DNA of 64,000 bases, from the NCBI GenBank assembly GCA_963736005.1, contig CAVTNB010000001.1, positions 480,001 to 544,000 of the forward strand, in the 5' to 3' direction. The translations under genes were made by a program, and so were the position numbers. Shown here piece by piece: positions 9,686 to 24,917 of the stretch (position 1 is the first letter of the stretch; each line of letters begins with the position of its first letter). The notes below the pieces were generated by a model, which did not search any database, was not told where the DNA came from, and worked only from the letters and a program-made list of their open reading frames with translations. Source of the DNA: an uncultured Pseudomonadota bacterium (GTDB lineage: Bacteria > Vulcanimicrobiota > Vulcanimicrobiia > Eremiobacterales > Eremiobacteraceae).

Positions 9686-12600
9686 TCATAGTTCGAGGTC
9701 TGAGGGTGGGGCGGGTTCTGGCTCCGGTTCGGTTATTGGATCCACCATCGATTCTCCGGCATCCGTCACCACAGCGTCTGGCTCGCTCAGCCCTACTCCA
9801 ACTGGTTCTTCTTCGCTTTGCTGCGTTTCCGAAGGTGGAAGTTCCGGATCCCAGCCATCGCGGTTTATCTCTTCCGCGACTCGTTCGAACGCAGACTCGG
9901 TAGGCTCCGCCACCTCGGGCTCGGATGCAACGACTGACTCCGCCACGGCAAGGTCTTCGGCTGCTCCCAACTCGCTCGCCAACGGCTCCTCAGGAATGTC
10001 AGAGAAGATATCCGATTCCCGGAAGGCCGGGCGTCCACGGACTGTCGTTTGTGCAGAACGATACCGTGGCATGCCCGTACCCGCGGGAATCAACTTCCCG
10101 ATGATGACGTTTTCTTTCAACCCAAGCAACGGATCGTATTTGCCTTCGATCGCTGCCTGCGTGAGCACGCGAGTCGTTTCTTGGAATGAGGCCGCTGACA
10201 GAAACGATTCCGTGGCAAGCGACGCCTTGGTCACCCCCAACAGCACCGTATCAGCTTTGGCCGGTTCCAGACCACCCGCAACCGCCTTGGCGTTTTCCTC
10301 GAGGAACTTCTCTGCATCCATCATCTGACCGGGCAAGAGGCTGGTCTCGCCGAAGTCTGTCACCTTCTTTTTCCGCAACATGCTGCGGACGATGACTTCG
10401 ATGTGCTTGTCGTTGATATCCACACCCTGGCTCCGGTAAACCTTTTGCACTTCTTGCACGAGGTAATTCTGCAACGCAGTTTCACCTTTGATGCGTAAGA
10501 TATCGTGAGGGTTCACCGACCCTTCGATGAGCTGATCGCCCGCCACGACCCGATCGCCATCGTGGACGGTGAGGTGCACGTTGAACGGAATCTCGTAGAT
10601 ATGTTCTTCGCCTTCCGAGTCTGTGACCACCACCTCGCGGATGCCCTTCTCCTCTGTGATATGCACGGAGCCGGCCTCTTCGGTGATGATCGCTTGTCCC
10701 TTGGGCTTACGCGCCTCGAAAAGCTCTTCCACGCGCGGCAAACCAGTAATGATGTCTTCGGACGCGACGCCACCAGTATGGAAAGTTCGCAGCGTTAGCT
10801 GCGTGCCCGGTTCGCCGATGCTCTGCGCCGCGATAATGCCCACCGCTTCGCCGATGTCCACGACTCCGCCGGTCGCCAAGTTGCGCCCATAGCACACCGC
10901 GCACACGCCGACGCGTGCGTCGCAGGTGAGCACCGAGCGAATCCAAACCTCTTTGATGCCGGCAGCAATGATGCGCGCTGCTGCGTCTTCATCGATTTCT
11001 TGACCGGACTTCACCAAGAGCTCAGATGGATTCGCCGGATCCTTGATGTCGTGCAACGCGTAGCGCCCAACGATGCGGTTGACGAGAGGCTCGATGATCT
11101 CTTTGCCCTCGGCAATGTCGCTGACCGAAATCCCGCGCTCGCTGTTGCAGTTTTCTTCCCGCACGATGACATCTTGGGCAACGTCGACCAGCCGCCGCGT
11201 TAGATAGCCTGAGTCAGCGGTTCGCAGTGCTGTGTCGGCGAGTCCCTTGCGCGCTCCATGGGTCGAGATGAAGTACTCGAGCACGGTCAGGCCTTCTTTG
11301 AGGTTGGCCTTAATCGGAATGCTCAAGATGCGACCCGAGGGGTCTGCCATCAGGCCACGCATGCCGGCGATCTGTTTCACCTGCGCGATGGAGCCTCGAG
11401 CGCCCGATGTCGCCATCATGAAGATGGAGTTCAGCCGGTCTTGCTCCTCAAGCATCGCCTGCGTCACTTCTTCGCCCGTCTTGGTCCAGACGTCGATCGT
11501 CTTATTGTACTGCTCGTCATCCGAGAGCAGGCCTTCTTTATACAGGTCGTTGATTTGCACGACCTGCGCGTCAGCCTTTGCGATGAGCGAGGCCTTCTTC
11601 TTGGGAATGACGATATCGCTGATCGACACCGTCGTACCTGACACGGTCGCAAAGCGGAAGCCGAGCGCCTTGATCGAATCGAGAAAACCCGCCGTTTCCG
11701 CGTTGCCGTAGTGCCGGTAGCAGTCTGCGATCAACTGCGTCAGGCCCTTTTTGTCCACGGTTCGGTTGACGAATGGATGCTGCCACTCAGCCGGAAACGC
11801 GACATTGAAGATGACACGCCCGACGGTGGTCTCGACGAGCTGACCGTCGCGCCAACGGACGCGGATCGGTTCGTGGAGCGAGATGGCATCCGCGTCGTAC
11901 GCAATCTGCGCTTCCTTGTCCGAGAAGAAAGCACGCAGTTCCACACGGCCGTCCTTGCGCGGTGCGTTTGGCGTCGCGCCGGCCGTCTTGGAATCGATGG
12001 TCAGATAGTACAGTCCAAGCACCATGTCTTGCGTCGGAATCGATACGGGGTTGCCGTACGACGGCTGCAAGATATTGTTGCTGCTGAGCATGAGGATGCG
12101 AGCCTCTGCCTGCGCACCGGCAGACAGCGGCAAATGGACGGCCATCTGGTCGCCATCGAAGTCGGCGTTGTAGGGCGTGCAGACGAGTGGATGGATCTGA
12201 ATCGCCTTGCCCTCGACGAGCACCGGTTCGAACGCCTGAATGCCCAGGCGGTGAAGCGTTGGCGCGCGATTGAGAAGCACCGGATGATCCTTGATCACTT
12301 CATCCAGAACGTCCCACACTTCCGGTCGCACGCGTTCGACCATGCGCTTGGCGCTCTTGATGTTATGCGCTTGACCGCGGTCGACGAGCTTCTTCATGAC
12401 GAATGGCTTGAAGAGTTCGAGCGCCATTTCTTTTGGCAACCCGCACTGATGCAGGCGCAAGTTCGGCCCGACGACGATCACCGAACGGCCCGAATAATCG
12501 ACGCGCTTGCCGAGCAGATTCTGGCGGAAGCGACCTTGTTTACCTTTGAGAATGTCCGACAGCGACTTGAGCGGGCGGTTATTTGGCCCTGTGACCGGTC

Positions 12601-13506
12601 GCCCACGCCGTCCATTGTCGATGAGCGCATCGACTGCTTCTTGCAGCATGCGCTTCTCATTCTTAATGATGATCTCCGGAGCGGATAGCTCGAGCAGCCG
12701 CTTCAGCCGGTTGTTGCGGTTGATGACGCGGCGATACAGATCGTTGAGGTCCGAGGTGGCAAAGCGGCCGCCGTCGAGCTGCACCATCGGACGCAACTCG
12801 GGGGGATGACCGGCACCGACGAGAGGATCATCCACTCGGGCTTGTTGCCGGAGTGAAGAAATGCCTCAACCACCTCGAGCCGCTTGATCGCTTTGATTCG
12901 CTTTTGGCCGGAGGTCTCTTGAAATTCTTTGCGGAGCTCGGTCTGCAGTTTGTGCAGGTTGAGGTCGCGCAAAAGCTCGCGTACCGCCTCGGCTCCCATG
13001 CCGGCGCGAAATGCGTTGCCATACTTTTCGCGATGCTCGCGATACTTTTGCTCGGTGAGGATCTCACGCTTCTCGAGTGGCGTTCCACCGGGATCGATGA
13101 CGATGTACGCCGCGAAGTAAATGACCTTCTCGAGTTGGCGCGGCGACATGTCTAAGAGAATGCCGATGCGACTCGGCACCCCTTTGAAATACCAAATATG
13201 CGAAACGGGTGTCGCCAGCTCGATGTGGCCCATGCGCTCGCGCCGTACTTTCGCGCGGGTGATCTCAACGCCGCAGCGATCGCAGATCATCCCTTTGAAG
13301 CGAATGCGCTTGTACTTGCCGCAATGGCATTCCCAATCTTTGGTTGGGCCAAAGATCTTTTCGCAAAACAAACCGTCACGCTCGGGTTTGAGCGTGCGGT
13401 AGTTGATCGTTTCCGGCTTTTTGACTTCGCCGAACGACCACGCGCGGATCTGTTCCGGGCTCGCAAGCCCGATCCGCATCGCGTCGAAGTTATTTACATC
13501 TAACAT
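9686..13506 (-). CDS. rpoC: RNA polymerase beta' subunit (one frameshift in a homopolymer at about 12800-12805)
   Basis: N-terminal zinc-binding CHCGKYK...CDRC, catalytic [15 protein letters not shown]; the two ORFs join at [10 protein letters not shown]. Confidence 0.97.
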
Positions 13507-13577
13507 TCATTAATCCCATCGGTTCGGTCGTAGTAATCGACGCTCCAATATCTTATTCGTCTGTCGAAATGTTGTGC

Positions 13578-17443
<3,866 letters not shown>

Positions 17444-17726
17444 TCTTTTGGTCTTACCTTCGCAGCAAACCGCGCGTGAATCTGGAGCGCGCGGCGGGTG
17501 TTAGCTTTCGTGTTCCTGCCCGTTTGCGTACCTTGGTCAATTCGCGTCGATGGTCGGCGCTGTTTGATCGCTGCGCAGCAGCGATAGATGGAGAAAAGCG
17601 TTGGGCGTTTGAGCCCGCGAAACAAAATCGGACGATTCCGCTTTGGGGTCCGGGCGGTTAGAGTGGGCCGTATCCTCTAACGAGATCCGGGAAGCCAGCG
17701 TTCGTCCAGGTTGGGCACAGATAAAC

Positions 17727-17754
17727 ATTATAGCACAAAGGTTCGCCTAGTCAA
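17727..17754 (-). promoter_or_regulatory. Sigma70-type promoter of rpoBC
   Basis: TTGACT-16 nt-TATAAT with an extended -10 TG, about 280 nt upstream of rpoB. Confidence 0.75.
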
Positions 17755-18049
17755 TATTGGCCATGCAAACCTAGTCGACGCGAAATCTCGTCCCGGAATA
17801 TTGCTATGCGGTACAGCCGAGAGACTTGGAGCTGACCGGAAGCCTCACTTGACTGACCGGTCCAGTTTGTCGCCCACTCTTCCGGTTAGTTCAGCGCACT
17901 TTGCTTTGGGCCCCTATGCCTCAGCGACACTATTCGCAGGCAATGCACCTGGGCCTTGGGCGTTGGCATCTCGATTGCGTCGCGAGTTATGTACAAACGC
18001 CAACACCAACCACGCACAGCTCGCAAATACGTGCGGCGGTGTTCGCTGG

Positions 18050-18922
18050 ATGCGTGGTGGAGGAAACCTTCCCATCGCGCCGCACACAGCTCGCGTGGAT
18101 GCTCGGCTTTTTATTGGCTGCACGCCGCGGACAGGCAATCTGTGGTTTCGACGATTGCTCTCGGGTGCTCTCGGCCTACCGGAATATGCGGCACACGAGA
18201 CCGAGGAGATCGCTTGGCAAGACTTGCCGCGCGCGTGCATCGTTTCGATGCACGCTCATCCAACGCCAGAATTTCGACAGTTTCTCACAGATCGTCAGTT
18301 TCGCTTCCTTACGATCATGAGACATCCGCTGGATGTCCTCATTTCAATTCTCCAGTTTTCCAAACGCGAACCGGCGACGGCGCGCTGGCTCGGGGGCGAA
18401 GGCGGTGACGAATCCGCACTCGCGAATGCGACTCCTCTCGACCAGGTATTCCTCGACTATTCCACGAGCGAACGAGCGTCTGCGCTCTTGGGAGTGAGCG
18501 CCCAGTGGCTTCCGCTCGCTGATGCAGTTGCTCACTATGAAAAACTCGTCGCGAACACCACGACGGAGTTGTCGACGCTCCTCGAGCGCCTGCGGCTTGC
18601 CCCCACGCATGCACTGCGCCAAGTGATCGAACAAAATAGCATCAAGAGCTTACGTACCAGCCTCGCGACCTACAGCCGCCACTTTTGGCGCGGCGAGCCC
18701 GGACTGTGGCGGCAGTTGCTCCCGCCGCAGATCGCTCTCCCAATCGCGACGCACCATCAAAGATTATTCGAGCAACTCGGTTATGTGTGCGACGTTGATC
18801 CGCACCTCACCGCACAACAGGCCCTTGGCAATTGGCTCGAGCTTTGTTCGCCTGAACCGACCGAAGACACCGCGAAGCCAAGAGCGACCTGGCGCACGTT
18901 GTTCCGGCGCCGGACGAGCTAA
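18050..18922 (+). CDS. Sulfotransferase-family protein
   Basis: 5'-PAPS-loop-like FIGCTPRTGNLWFRRLL, 3'-PB-like IMRHPLDVLIS, AHYEKLV and FWRGEPGLW; start uncertain (18050 ATG or 18095 GTG). Confidence 0.75.
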   Translation: MRGGGNLPIAPHTARVDARLFIGCTPRTGNLWFRRLLSGALGLPEYAAHETEEIAWQDLPRACIVSMHAHPTPEFRQFLTDRQFRFLTIMRHPLDVLISILQFSKREPATARWLGGEGGDESALANATPLDQVFLDYSTSERASALLGVSAQWLPLADAVAHYEKLVANTTTELSTLLERLRLAPTHALRQVIEQNSIKSLRTSLATYSRHFWRGEPGLWRQLLPPQIALPIATHHQRLFEQLGYVCDVDPHLTAQQALGNWLELCSPEPTEDTAKPRATWRTLFRRRTS

Positions 18923-19048
18923 AACACCTTAAATCCTCGGCGCCGAGCAGTCTGAAGGCAACCCTTCATTGTTGCGCTATATAATGGAAGCGAAGCGCTC
19001 TGACTGGGTTGGATTTGCCGTCCCACTTCCGAATGGTCAACGCTTACA

Positions 19049-20107
19049 CTACGCCAGACCGCTAGAGGCGAAAGCTCGTTCGAGGACCGTCAACGTCTGC
19101 TCGGCCGTTCGCTGCCAAGTCCGCTCTGCGGCGTGCTTTTGACCTCGACCTCGCAAGTCTTCGACCACACTGGGCGCCGATGCGACCGATCCGATCGCAG
19201 CGGCCAGCGCCGCAGCATTGGACGGTGGCACGTACAGCGCCGCCGAACCACCCGCTTCTCGCGAGCTGGACGTATCCGAAGCGATCACCGGCGTGCCAAC
19301 CGCCATGGCCTCGAGGATCGGCAAACCAAATCCCTCGTATTCCGAGGGATACACAAGGGCGAGCGCATGACGATAGAGGCTCGCAAGTGTCATGTCGTCC
19401 ACCCAACCTACCGATCGGACTCGAACCGACTCTGGCGTTGTCGGCAGGGGATACTGCCCGCCCGCGCCCGCCACCACCAACTCGAGGGATTCGCGTAGCT
19501 GCGCGGGCAACTGCGCGATGGCTTCCAAGAGCACCGGTAATCCCTTTCGACGCTCGGGCTCGCCCACGAAGAGCAGATACCGCAGACCTTCCGTACCCGA
19601 TGGTGATTCACCGCGGGCGAATGTTGCGCTCACTCCAAGATAGATGACATCGATCGTATCTGGGTTTATGTCGAGATAGCGGACGAGTTCGGTCTTTGAA
19701 AACTCCGAATCGGTGATGATCCGACGCGCCTGAGTCGCTGCGACGCGAAACGGACGCTGTTCTCGCTCTCTCACCAGCGGATCTTGCGGTGGGCAGGCAA
19801 ACAGACTCGCGTCATGCAGCGTGGCGACCATGGGAAGCGAGGCAGCCCAGCTGACCCCGTTCCATGGATACCAGGCGAGGTCGAGGTCGTGCTTTGAGCG
19901 GCGATAACGAACCGGCATGTCGAGTCCGATTTCTCGCAAGTACTTGCTCCGGGCCATAAAGGTCGCTCGCTCCGGCACAAGCAGCACCGGCCGAACGCGC
20001 TCCACTCCAAATGCGTCCCAACACCGAACGACCTCTCTCACATATCGTCCTATCCCGCGACGGTCGCCTAGCAAGTTCCATGCGTCAATGCCAACTCGAA
20101 GGGACAT
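19049..20107 (-). CDS. Glycosyltransferase family 4
   Basis: RVGIDA...GIGRYV, RRKGL and YPSEYEGFGLPILEAMAVG (EX7E). Confidence 0.9.
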   Translation of the reverse strand: MSLRVGIDAWNLLGDRRGIGRYVREVVRCWDAFGVERVRPVLLVPERATFMARSKYLREIGLDMPVRYRRSKHDLDLAWYPWNGVSWAASLPMVATLHDASLFACPPQDPLVREREQRPFRVAATQARRIITDSEFSKTELVRYLDINPDTIDVIYLGVSATFARGESPSGTEGLRYLLFVGEPERRKGLPVLLEAIAQLPAQLRESLELVVAGAGGQYPLPTTPESVRVRSVGWVDDMTLASLYRHALALVYPSEYEGFGLPILEAMAVGTPVIASDTSSSREAGGSAALYVPPSNAAALAAAIGSVASAPSVVEDLRGRGQKHAAERTWQRTAEQTLTVLERAFASSGLA

Positions 20108-20224
20108 GGCAATCGTCTTGCGCCGTTTGCCTTCGCCAACCTTTCTGTCTGTGTTGCGGATATCGCGTTTGGGATTGGCCTCACAAGGAGGCGCGTATGG
20201 TTCGCGGGCAATTGTCCTTTTTGC

Positions 20225-21175
20225 GTGGCAAGCAACAGCATCGTCGCTCACATGATCATTGGCGCAAAACCGGAGATGTTTCTTCCGTGTGCGCTCGAGT
20301 CAATTGCGCGCGTTTGCGCACACGCCGTTATCAACGATACTTCTGGCGAAGTGCAGGGAGCCAACGCGATGGTTATTGCCCAGTCTGCTTTTGCACGCGA
20401 AGCCAGGCTTACCGTCATACGATCGACGTTCTCTGATTTCGCAACAGCACGGAACGCCTGTATCGACGCGACGCCCGCCCAGTTTTCCAACGGCTGGGGG
20501 CTGATCGTTGACGCCGATGAGGTTCACGGGCCGGCGCTCGCAAGGATGGCTGGGCTGCTGGATCGTTTTCCCGAAGGCGTGGACGCAGTGGACGGCTACT
20601 TGCGCCATTTCGTCGGGTCATTTGCGTGGTGGATAGACTTAAATCGAACGCGCTGCTTTTTTCGTCTTCGCCCCGCGGTGCGCTGGGAGAATAGAATTCA
20701 CGAGCGCCTCGCGCCGATTTCGAGACGCATCGCACTGCCGGGTGTGTGGTTCCACTACGGGCACGTCATTACGCCGCGCGAAGAGGCCGAGAAGGGGCGC
20801 CTGTATGCGTCGCTTGGCCAACCGGATCCGGCCCCGACCGAAGCGCAGCTGCAGCGCGCCAGCCCAGCAACCGTCTGGCCGCTCTTGCTGCGCAAGGCCA
20901 ACCGATTCACAGGATCGCATCCAGATGCTGCACTGTCCACGATCGCGGCCCTGTCGATAGAGCGAGCCGCGCTGTTTGCCGAGGTCGACGCGCTTGCCGC
21001 GCAGCAAACTTTCTCCCAACGGGTTCGCAACGCCACGCGACGCGTGAACTCAGAACGACTTCTGCTGTGGCGCTCCCTCGAGGCGTGGCTGCGCTGGGGC
21101 TGGCGAAGCAAGGCGCTAAGCGAGGCGTCGGCTGCGACGATGCGGCCTCAGTTGGAACAAACAAAACGGACGTAG
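20225..21175 (+). CDS. Glycosyltransferase family 2 (GT-A)
   Basis: DFATARN, WGLIVDADE (DxD), WENRIHE, FHYG. Confidence 0.8.
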   Translation: MASNSIVAHMIIGAKPEMFLPCALESIARVCAHAVINDTSGEVQGANAMVIAQSAFAREARLTVIRSTFSDFATARNACIDATPAQFSNGWGLIVDADEVHGPALARMAGLLDRFPEGVDAVDGYLRHFVGSFAWWIDLNRTRCFFRLRPAVRWENRIHERLAPISRRIALPGVWFHYGHVITPREEAEKGRLYASLGQPDPAPTEAQLQRASPATVWPLLLRKANRFTGSHPDAALSTIAALSIERAALFAEVDALAAQQTFSQRVRNATRRVNSERLLLWRSLEAWLRWGWRSKALSEASAATMRPQLEQTKRT

Positions 21176-21202
21176 CGCGCGCGAATAAATTCGCGCGACT
21201 AC
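21172..21202. repeat. REP-like palindrome family B between convergent genes (possible bidirectional terminator)
   Basis: GTAGcgcgcgcgaataaattcgcgcgaCTAC. Confidence 0.8.
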
Positions 21203-22281
21203 ATCAGTGCGATCTGATAAGCACGCTGGGTTTCCTCGGCGGCGTGACGCCAGGTAAGCTTGCGAATCCTCTGGTCAAGGGAATCGCCTCGCGCGCGCGG
21301 CGGTCTTGCGAACGCCCGCAGAACCGCAGCGCGGATTGACTTTGGGTCTGCTGGGTCCGCATATTCCGCATCGTCACCAAAGTACTCAACTTCCGCGCCA
21401 CGATCTGCAACGACGATCTTCGCACCGGCAGCTGCGGCCTCAAGCGTTGCGATGCCGGCGGTCTCACACCAGGATACAAGAGCGTGCACGGACGCACGCC
21501 CGAGCATCTGCAGCATCTGCTCTTTTGGCACGCTCCCGTGGAAGCTCGCCCTTGGGCACCAGCGCAGACACGCCTTTGCCAAGTTGGCATGATAGATGGC
21601 GCCGACGAGGTCTATTTCCATGTTGTCGTCGCGCATCGCGTAGAGCAAACCGGTTTGGTTTTTTCGGGTCTCGATGCGGCCAATTGCCAACAAACCGCTG
21701 CGCTCTGCTCGCCAGTACTGGGCGGGCTCGAGCGTGGCAGGTATGGGCACAACCACCATGGGCCTGTCGCGCACCCCAAGCTGCAACAAGCAATCGCGCG
21801 CCTCGATGGCACTGTTCGGCAGGAGCACAGCGGCGCGCTCGAGGAGCGCCTTCTGCTGCGCTAAGCGAACCTCAAGGTGTCGCCGTTGGCGGCCATTGAG
21901 AAACCAGTTCGAATCTCGTTTGAGATACTTGGCGAGCACCTTATCGACGCTTGCGCTTGTCGAGCCCCGAACAAAGAGCCGCTCGTACGCTGCCGCGCGC
22001 CCAAAAAACTCCCGCAGGTCAAGCCACACGGGAGAAAGCGCAACCGGAACACCCGCTTGTTCGCACGCATCCATCTGTCGCTTGCAAACGTCGGGCTGGC
22101 CGACATTGAAAATATGAGCGATGTCGTAGCCGCGCGGATCCGGTCGATCGGTCTCTACGAGCTCCGCGGCGACGCCCAGCTCCTTCACCGCCTCGAAGTT
22201 GTTGCGCGCCAGCGTGATGTCGCCGCCGAACTTACTGCTGGCGTCAGGACGCACCACAAAGAGGACGCGCAGAGGTTTCAC
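21199..22281 (-). CDS. Glycosyltransferase family 4
   Basis: FGGD, GRIETRKNQ and SWCETAGIATLEAAAAG. Confidence 0.85.
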   Translation of the reverse strand: MKPLRVLFVVRPDASSKFGGDITLARNNFEAVKELGVAAELVETDRPDPRGYDIAHIFNVGQPDVCKRQMDACEQAGVPVALSPVWLDLREFFGRAAAYERLFVRGSTSASVDKVLAKYLKRDSNWFLNGRQRRHLEVRLAQQKALLERAAVLLPNSAIEARDCLLQLGVRDRPMVVVPIPATLEPAQYWRAERSGLLAIGRIETRKNQTGLLYAMRDDNMEIDLVGAIYHANLAKACLRWCPRASFHGSVPKEQMLQMLGRASVHALVSWCETAGIATLEAAAAGAKIVVADRGAEVEYFGDDAEYADPADPKSIRAAVLRAFARPPRARGDSLDQRIRKLTWRHAAEETQRAYQIALM

Positions 22282-22301
22282 TCAAGGCCGACCATCGTCA
22301 G

Positions 22302-24077
22302 CTAGAAATTGCTGGCCGGCTGATGGAGCATTTGCGTGCGATAGAGCTTCGCATAGACGCCGCCGCGTGCCAAAAGATCGGCGTGCGTTCCATGCTCGAC
22401 AACCTTTCCCTCAGACATGACAAGGATCTTTGTCGCCCGGCGGATGGTCGAGAGCCGATGCGCAATGATAAATGTCGTGCGGCCCACGAGCAGCCGATCG
22501 AGTGCCTCGCTGATCAGCACTTCGGACTGCGCATCCAAACTCGATGTCGCCTCATCCAAAATCAGAATTTTTGGATTGCGTAAAATAGCTCGGGCGATGG
22601 CGATGCGCTGACGCTCGCCGCCTGACAGGCGGAGGCCGCGCGATCCGACGGTCGTGTTGTATCCCTCTGGAAAATTCTGAATGAACTCGTGCGCATTGGC
22701 AAATCTGGCCGCATCTTCGATCTCGGCCTTCGTCGCATCCAGTCGACCATAGCGGATGTTTTGTTCGATCGTGTCTGAGAAAAGCTGGGGATCTTGGGGG
22801 ACGATGGCGATCGACTCCCGCAGCGAGGCAAGCGTCACCTCGCGCACGTCATTGCCGTCGACGCGCACGATGCCGGACGTGGGAATGTAAAATCGAGGAA
22901 TCAGGTTGACCAGCGTTGTCTTCCCGGCGCCCGAAGGCCCAACGAGCGCGATGATTTCACCTGGCTGCACCTCGGCGGACACGCCGTTGAGCACTTCGTT
23001 CGTGCCATCGTAAGCGAAATGCACGTTTTCGAAGGCAACCTCGCCGAGCACGTTGTGCAGCTTGCGTGCACCGGGTGCTTCGTGCTCCTCAATCGGCAGG
23101 TCAAGGATCTCGAAGATGCGGCGCGCGCCGACGATTGCTTTATTGAGCTCGCCGAAATAATTTGTCAGCTGGTTAATCGGGTTGCTGGCAACAATTGCCA
23201 CGGTGAGAAACGCCGCGAGCTCTGCGGGTGTCTTGCGCCCGGTGACAAGTTCGTAAAACGACACGCCGGCGAGCACCAAGAGACCAACGGTGACCAAAAA
23301 ATCGATCACGGGGATTTGAGTCAGCGAGATCTGGGCAAGTTTCATGGCCGAACCCAAGTAGGCATCGTTGCGTTCCGTAAAGCGCTTCACTTCGTAGGAC
23401 TCGCGCCGGAAGGCTTTGATGGGGCGCATCGATTCGAGGGCTTCTTGCAGCGCAGCGTTGACGTCGGCAATCCGTGAGAGCGAAACCTTCGTCGCGCTCC
23501 GGACGATGAGCGAGAAGCGAAAGACGGCGAACGAGACAAGCGGCGCAACCGCCAACGTGACCAGCGTAAGGACCCAGTCGAGGTAAAACATGTAAATCAG
23601 CGCCCCCACCAACGTGATAATGGCGCTCGTGAACAGCGGTAACGAGGTCACCCCGACCACCATGAGCGAGACGTCGTTATCGAAGCGCGAGATCAATTCA
23701 CCACTTCGCCAGCGGTCGAAGACTGGCAGCGGCAGGAACTGGATGCGGGTAAAAAGATCGCCGCGGACGCGGGCGACAACCCTCTGTCCGACCGTGGTCA
23801 TGGTATAGCCGCCAGCATATTGTGCGATATTCTTCACGATGTTGAGCGCCAAGCCGCCGAGCAGCGCCAACAGCAATGCGTGCAGGCTGTGCTGCTGTAC
23901 CGAACCGATGAGCCCTTTGACCGCGAATGCGTAGCCGATGGTCGCAAGCGATGCGACGCCCATGAGGCAGACGCCGACCAGCATCTGTGGAATGGATGGC
24001 CGCGCATAGGCCATGAGCCGGCGGTAAACCATTGGCGGCGTGGTCTTAGGGGGTACGCCCTTCAAATCCCGCCCCAT
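22302..24077 (-). CDS. MsbA-like ABC exporter (TMD-NBD fusion)
   Basis: Multi-helix hydrophobic N-terminal domain; GPSGAGKT, LSGGERQR, ILILDEATS, IAHRLST; start uncertain. Confidence 0.9.
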   Translation of the reverse strand: MGRDLKGVPPKTTPPMVYRRLMAYARPSIPQMLVGVCLMGVASLATIGYAFAVKGLIGSVQQHSLHALLLALLGGLALNIVKNIAQYAGGYTMTTVGQRVVARVRGDLFTRIQFLPLPVFDRWRSGELISRFDNDVSLMVVGVTSLPLFTSAIITLVGALIYMFYLDWVLTLVTLAVAPLVSFAVFRFSLIVRSATKVSLSRIADVNAALQEALESMRPIKAFRRESYEVKRFTERNDAYLGSAMKLAQISLTQIPVIDFLVTVGLLVLAGVSFYELVTGRKTPAELAAFLTVAIVASNPINQLTNYFGELNKAIVGARRIFEILDLPIEEHEAPGARKLHNVLGEVAFENVHFAYDGTNEVLNGVSAEVQPGEIIALVGPSGAGKTTLVNLIPRFYIPTSGIVRVDGNDVREVTLASLRESIAIVPQDPQLFSDTIEQNIRYGRLDATKAEIEDAARFANAHEFIQNFPEGYNTTVGSRGLRLSGGERQRIAIARAILRNPKILILDEATSSLDAQSEVLISEALDRLLVGRTTFIIAHRLSTIRRATKILVMSEGKVVEHGTHADLLARGGVYAKLYRTQMLHQPASNF

Positions 24078-24122
24078 TCCAAGGACTGCCCGCGCACACC
24101 CCACAATGATTCACGAGCAACG

Positions 24123-24908
24123 ATGCATCGTCTGCTTCATCCTATTTTTTTCATGCACGTCCCTAAGTGCGCGGGCAAGTCGGTCTTCTCCATTCTCAGC
24201 CGGAAATTTGACCGCGCGCAAATTTGCCCGCAACCCCCCTATGGCACGTGGCAGTGGAAGGCTAGTGAAGTCCGCGGATACAGTCTGTACTCCGGACACT
24301 TTTCATCGGACTTCGTGGAAGAGATGGCAACAGGTGGGTCCAAACTCGTGATCATGAGGCATCCGTTGAGTCGCATCGTCTCGTTATATGATTTTTGGCG
24401 GTCGTATCGTTGGGATTACATCCGCTCGTCGCTACCACCACCTCCTTTCAACGGACCCGCGCTAGCAAAATCCGGCTCTCTCATGGACTTTCTCGAGACG
24501 ACCTCAGAATTTGGAGTGACTCGAATCTACAACACAGTGGCGCGGCAAGTGCTTGGCCGCCGGTTTGCGCAACTCTGGCCGAACGAGGACGCCATCATTT
24601 CGGAGTCGATCGGTGCGCTGCGCGGCTTTGCGTGGGTTGGGATAAGCGAGCTTTTTACTCCGTCGGCGGCGCTGCTGTGCGCGATGCTGCAACAGCCGGT
24701 GGCCAGCCCGGAGCCCCTCGAAGGGGTCACGCACGACGTCAGCACCGACCCTCACCGCGAAATGGTGTCGAAGTCGAAGGCGACGGCATTGGAAGCCGAA
24801 CGCATTCTCGAGGGTAATCGCGTCGACTTGGCGCTCTACGAGGAAGGCCGCAAGATTTTGCAGGAGAGGATCGGCCAAACGCTCGCGGATCCTTCCACTT
24901 CCGGTTGA
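24123..24908 (+). CDS. Sulfotransferase family 2 protein
   Basis: FFMHVPKCAGKS, SGHF, MRHPLSRIVSLYDF, NRVDLALYE. Confidence 0.82.
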   Translation: MHRLLHPIFFMHVPKCAGKSVFSILSRKFDRAQICPQPPYGTWQWKASEVRGYSLYSGHFSSDFVEEMATGGSKLVIMRHPLSRIVSLYDFWRSYRWDYIRSSLPPPPFNGPALAKSGSLMDFLETTSEFGVTRIYNTVARQVLGRRFAQLWPNEDAIISESIGALRGFAWVGISELFTPSAALLCAMLQQPVASPEPLEGVTHDVSTDPHREMVSKSKATALEAERILEGNRVDLALYEEGRKILQERIGQTLADPSTSG

Positions 24909-24917
24909 GCAATTCTC

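Noticed and set aside
12703..12835. Cyanobacteria-like split of rpoC into rpoC1 and rpoC2
   Set aside because: The break lies within the conserved VIPPELRP motif, not at the cyanobacterial split point, and is explained by one missing base
18970..18990. TATAAT on the + strand between convergent genes (antisense promoter or sRNA)
   Set aside because: No convincing -35 element or recognisable RNA structure
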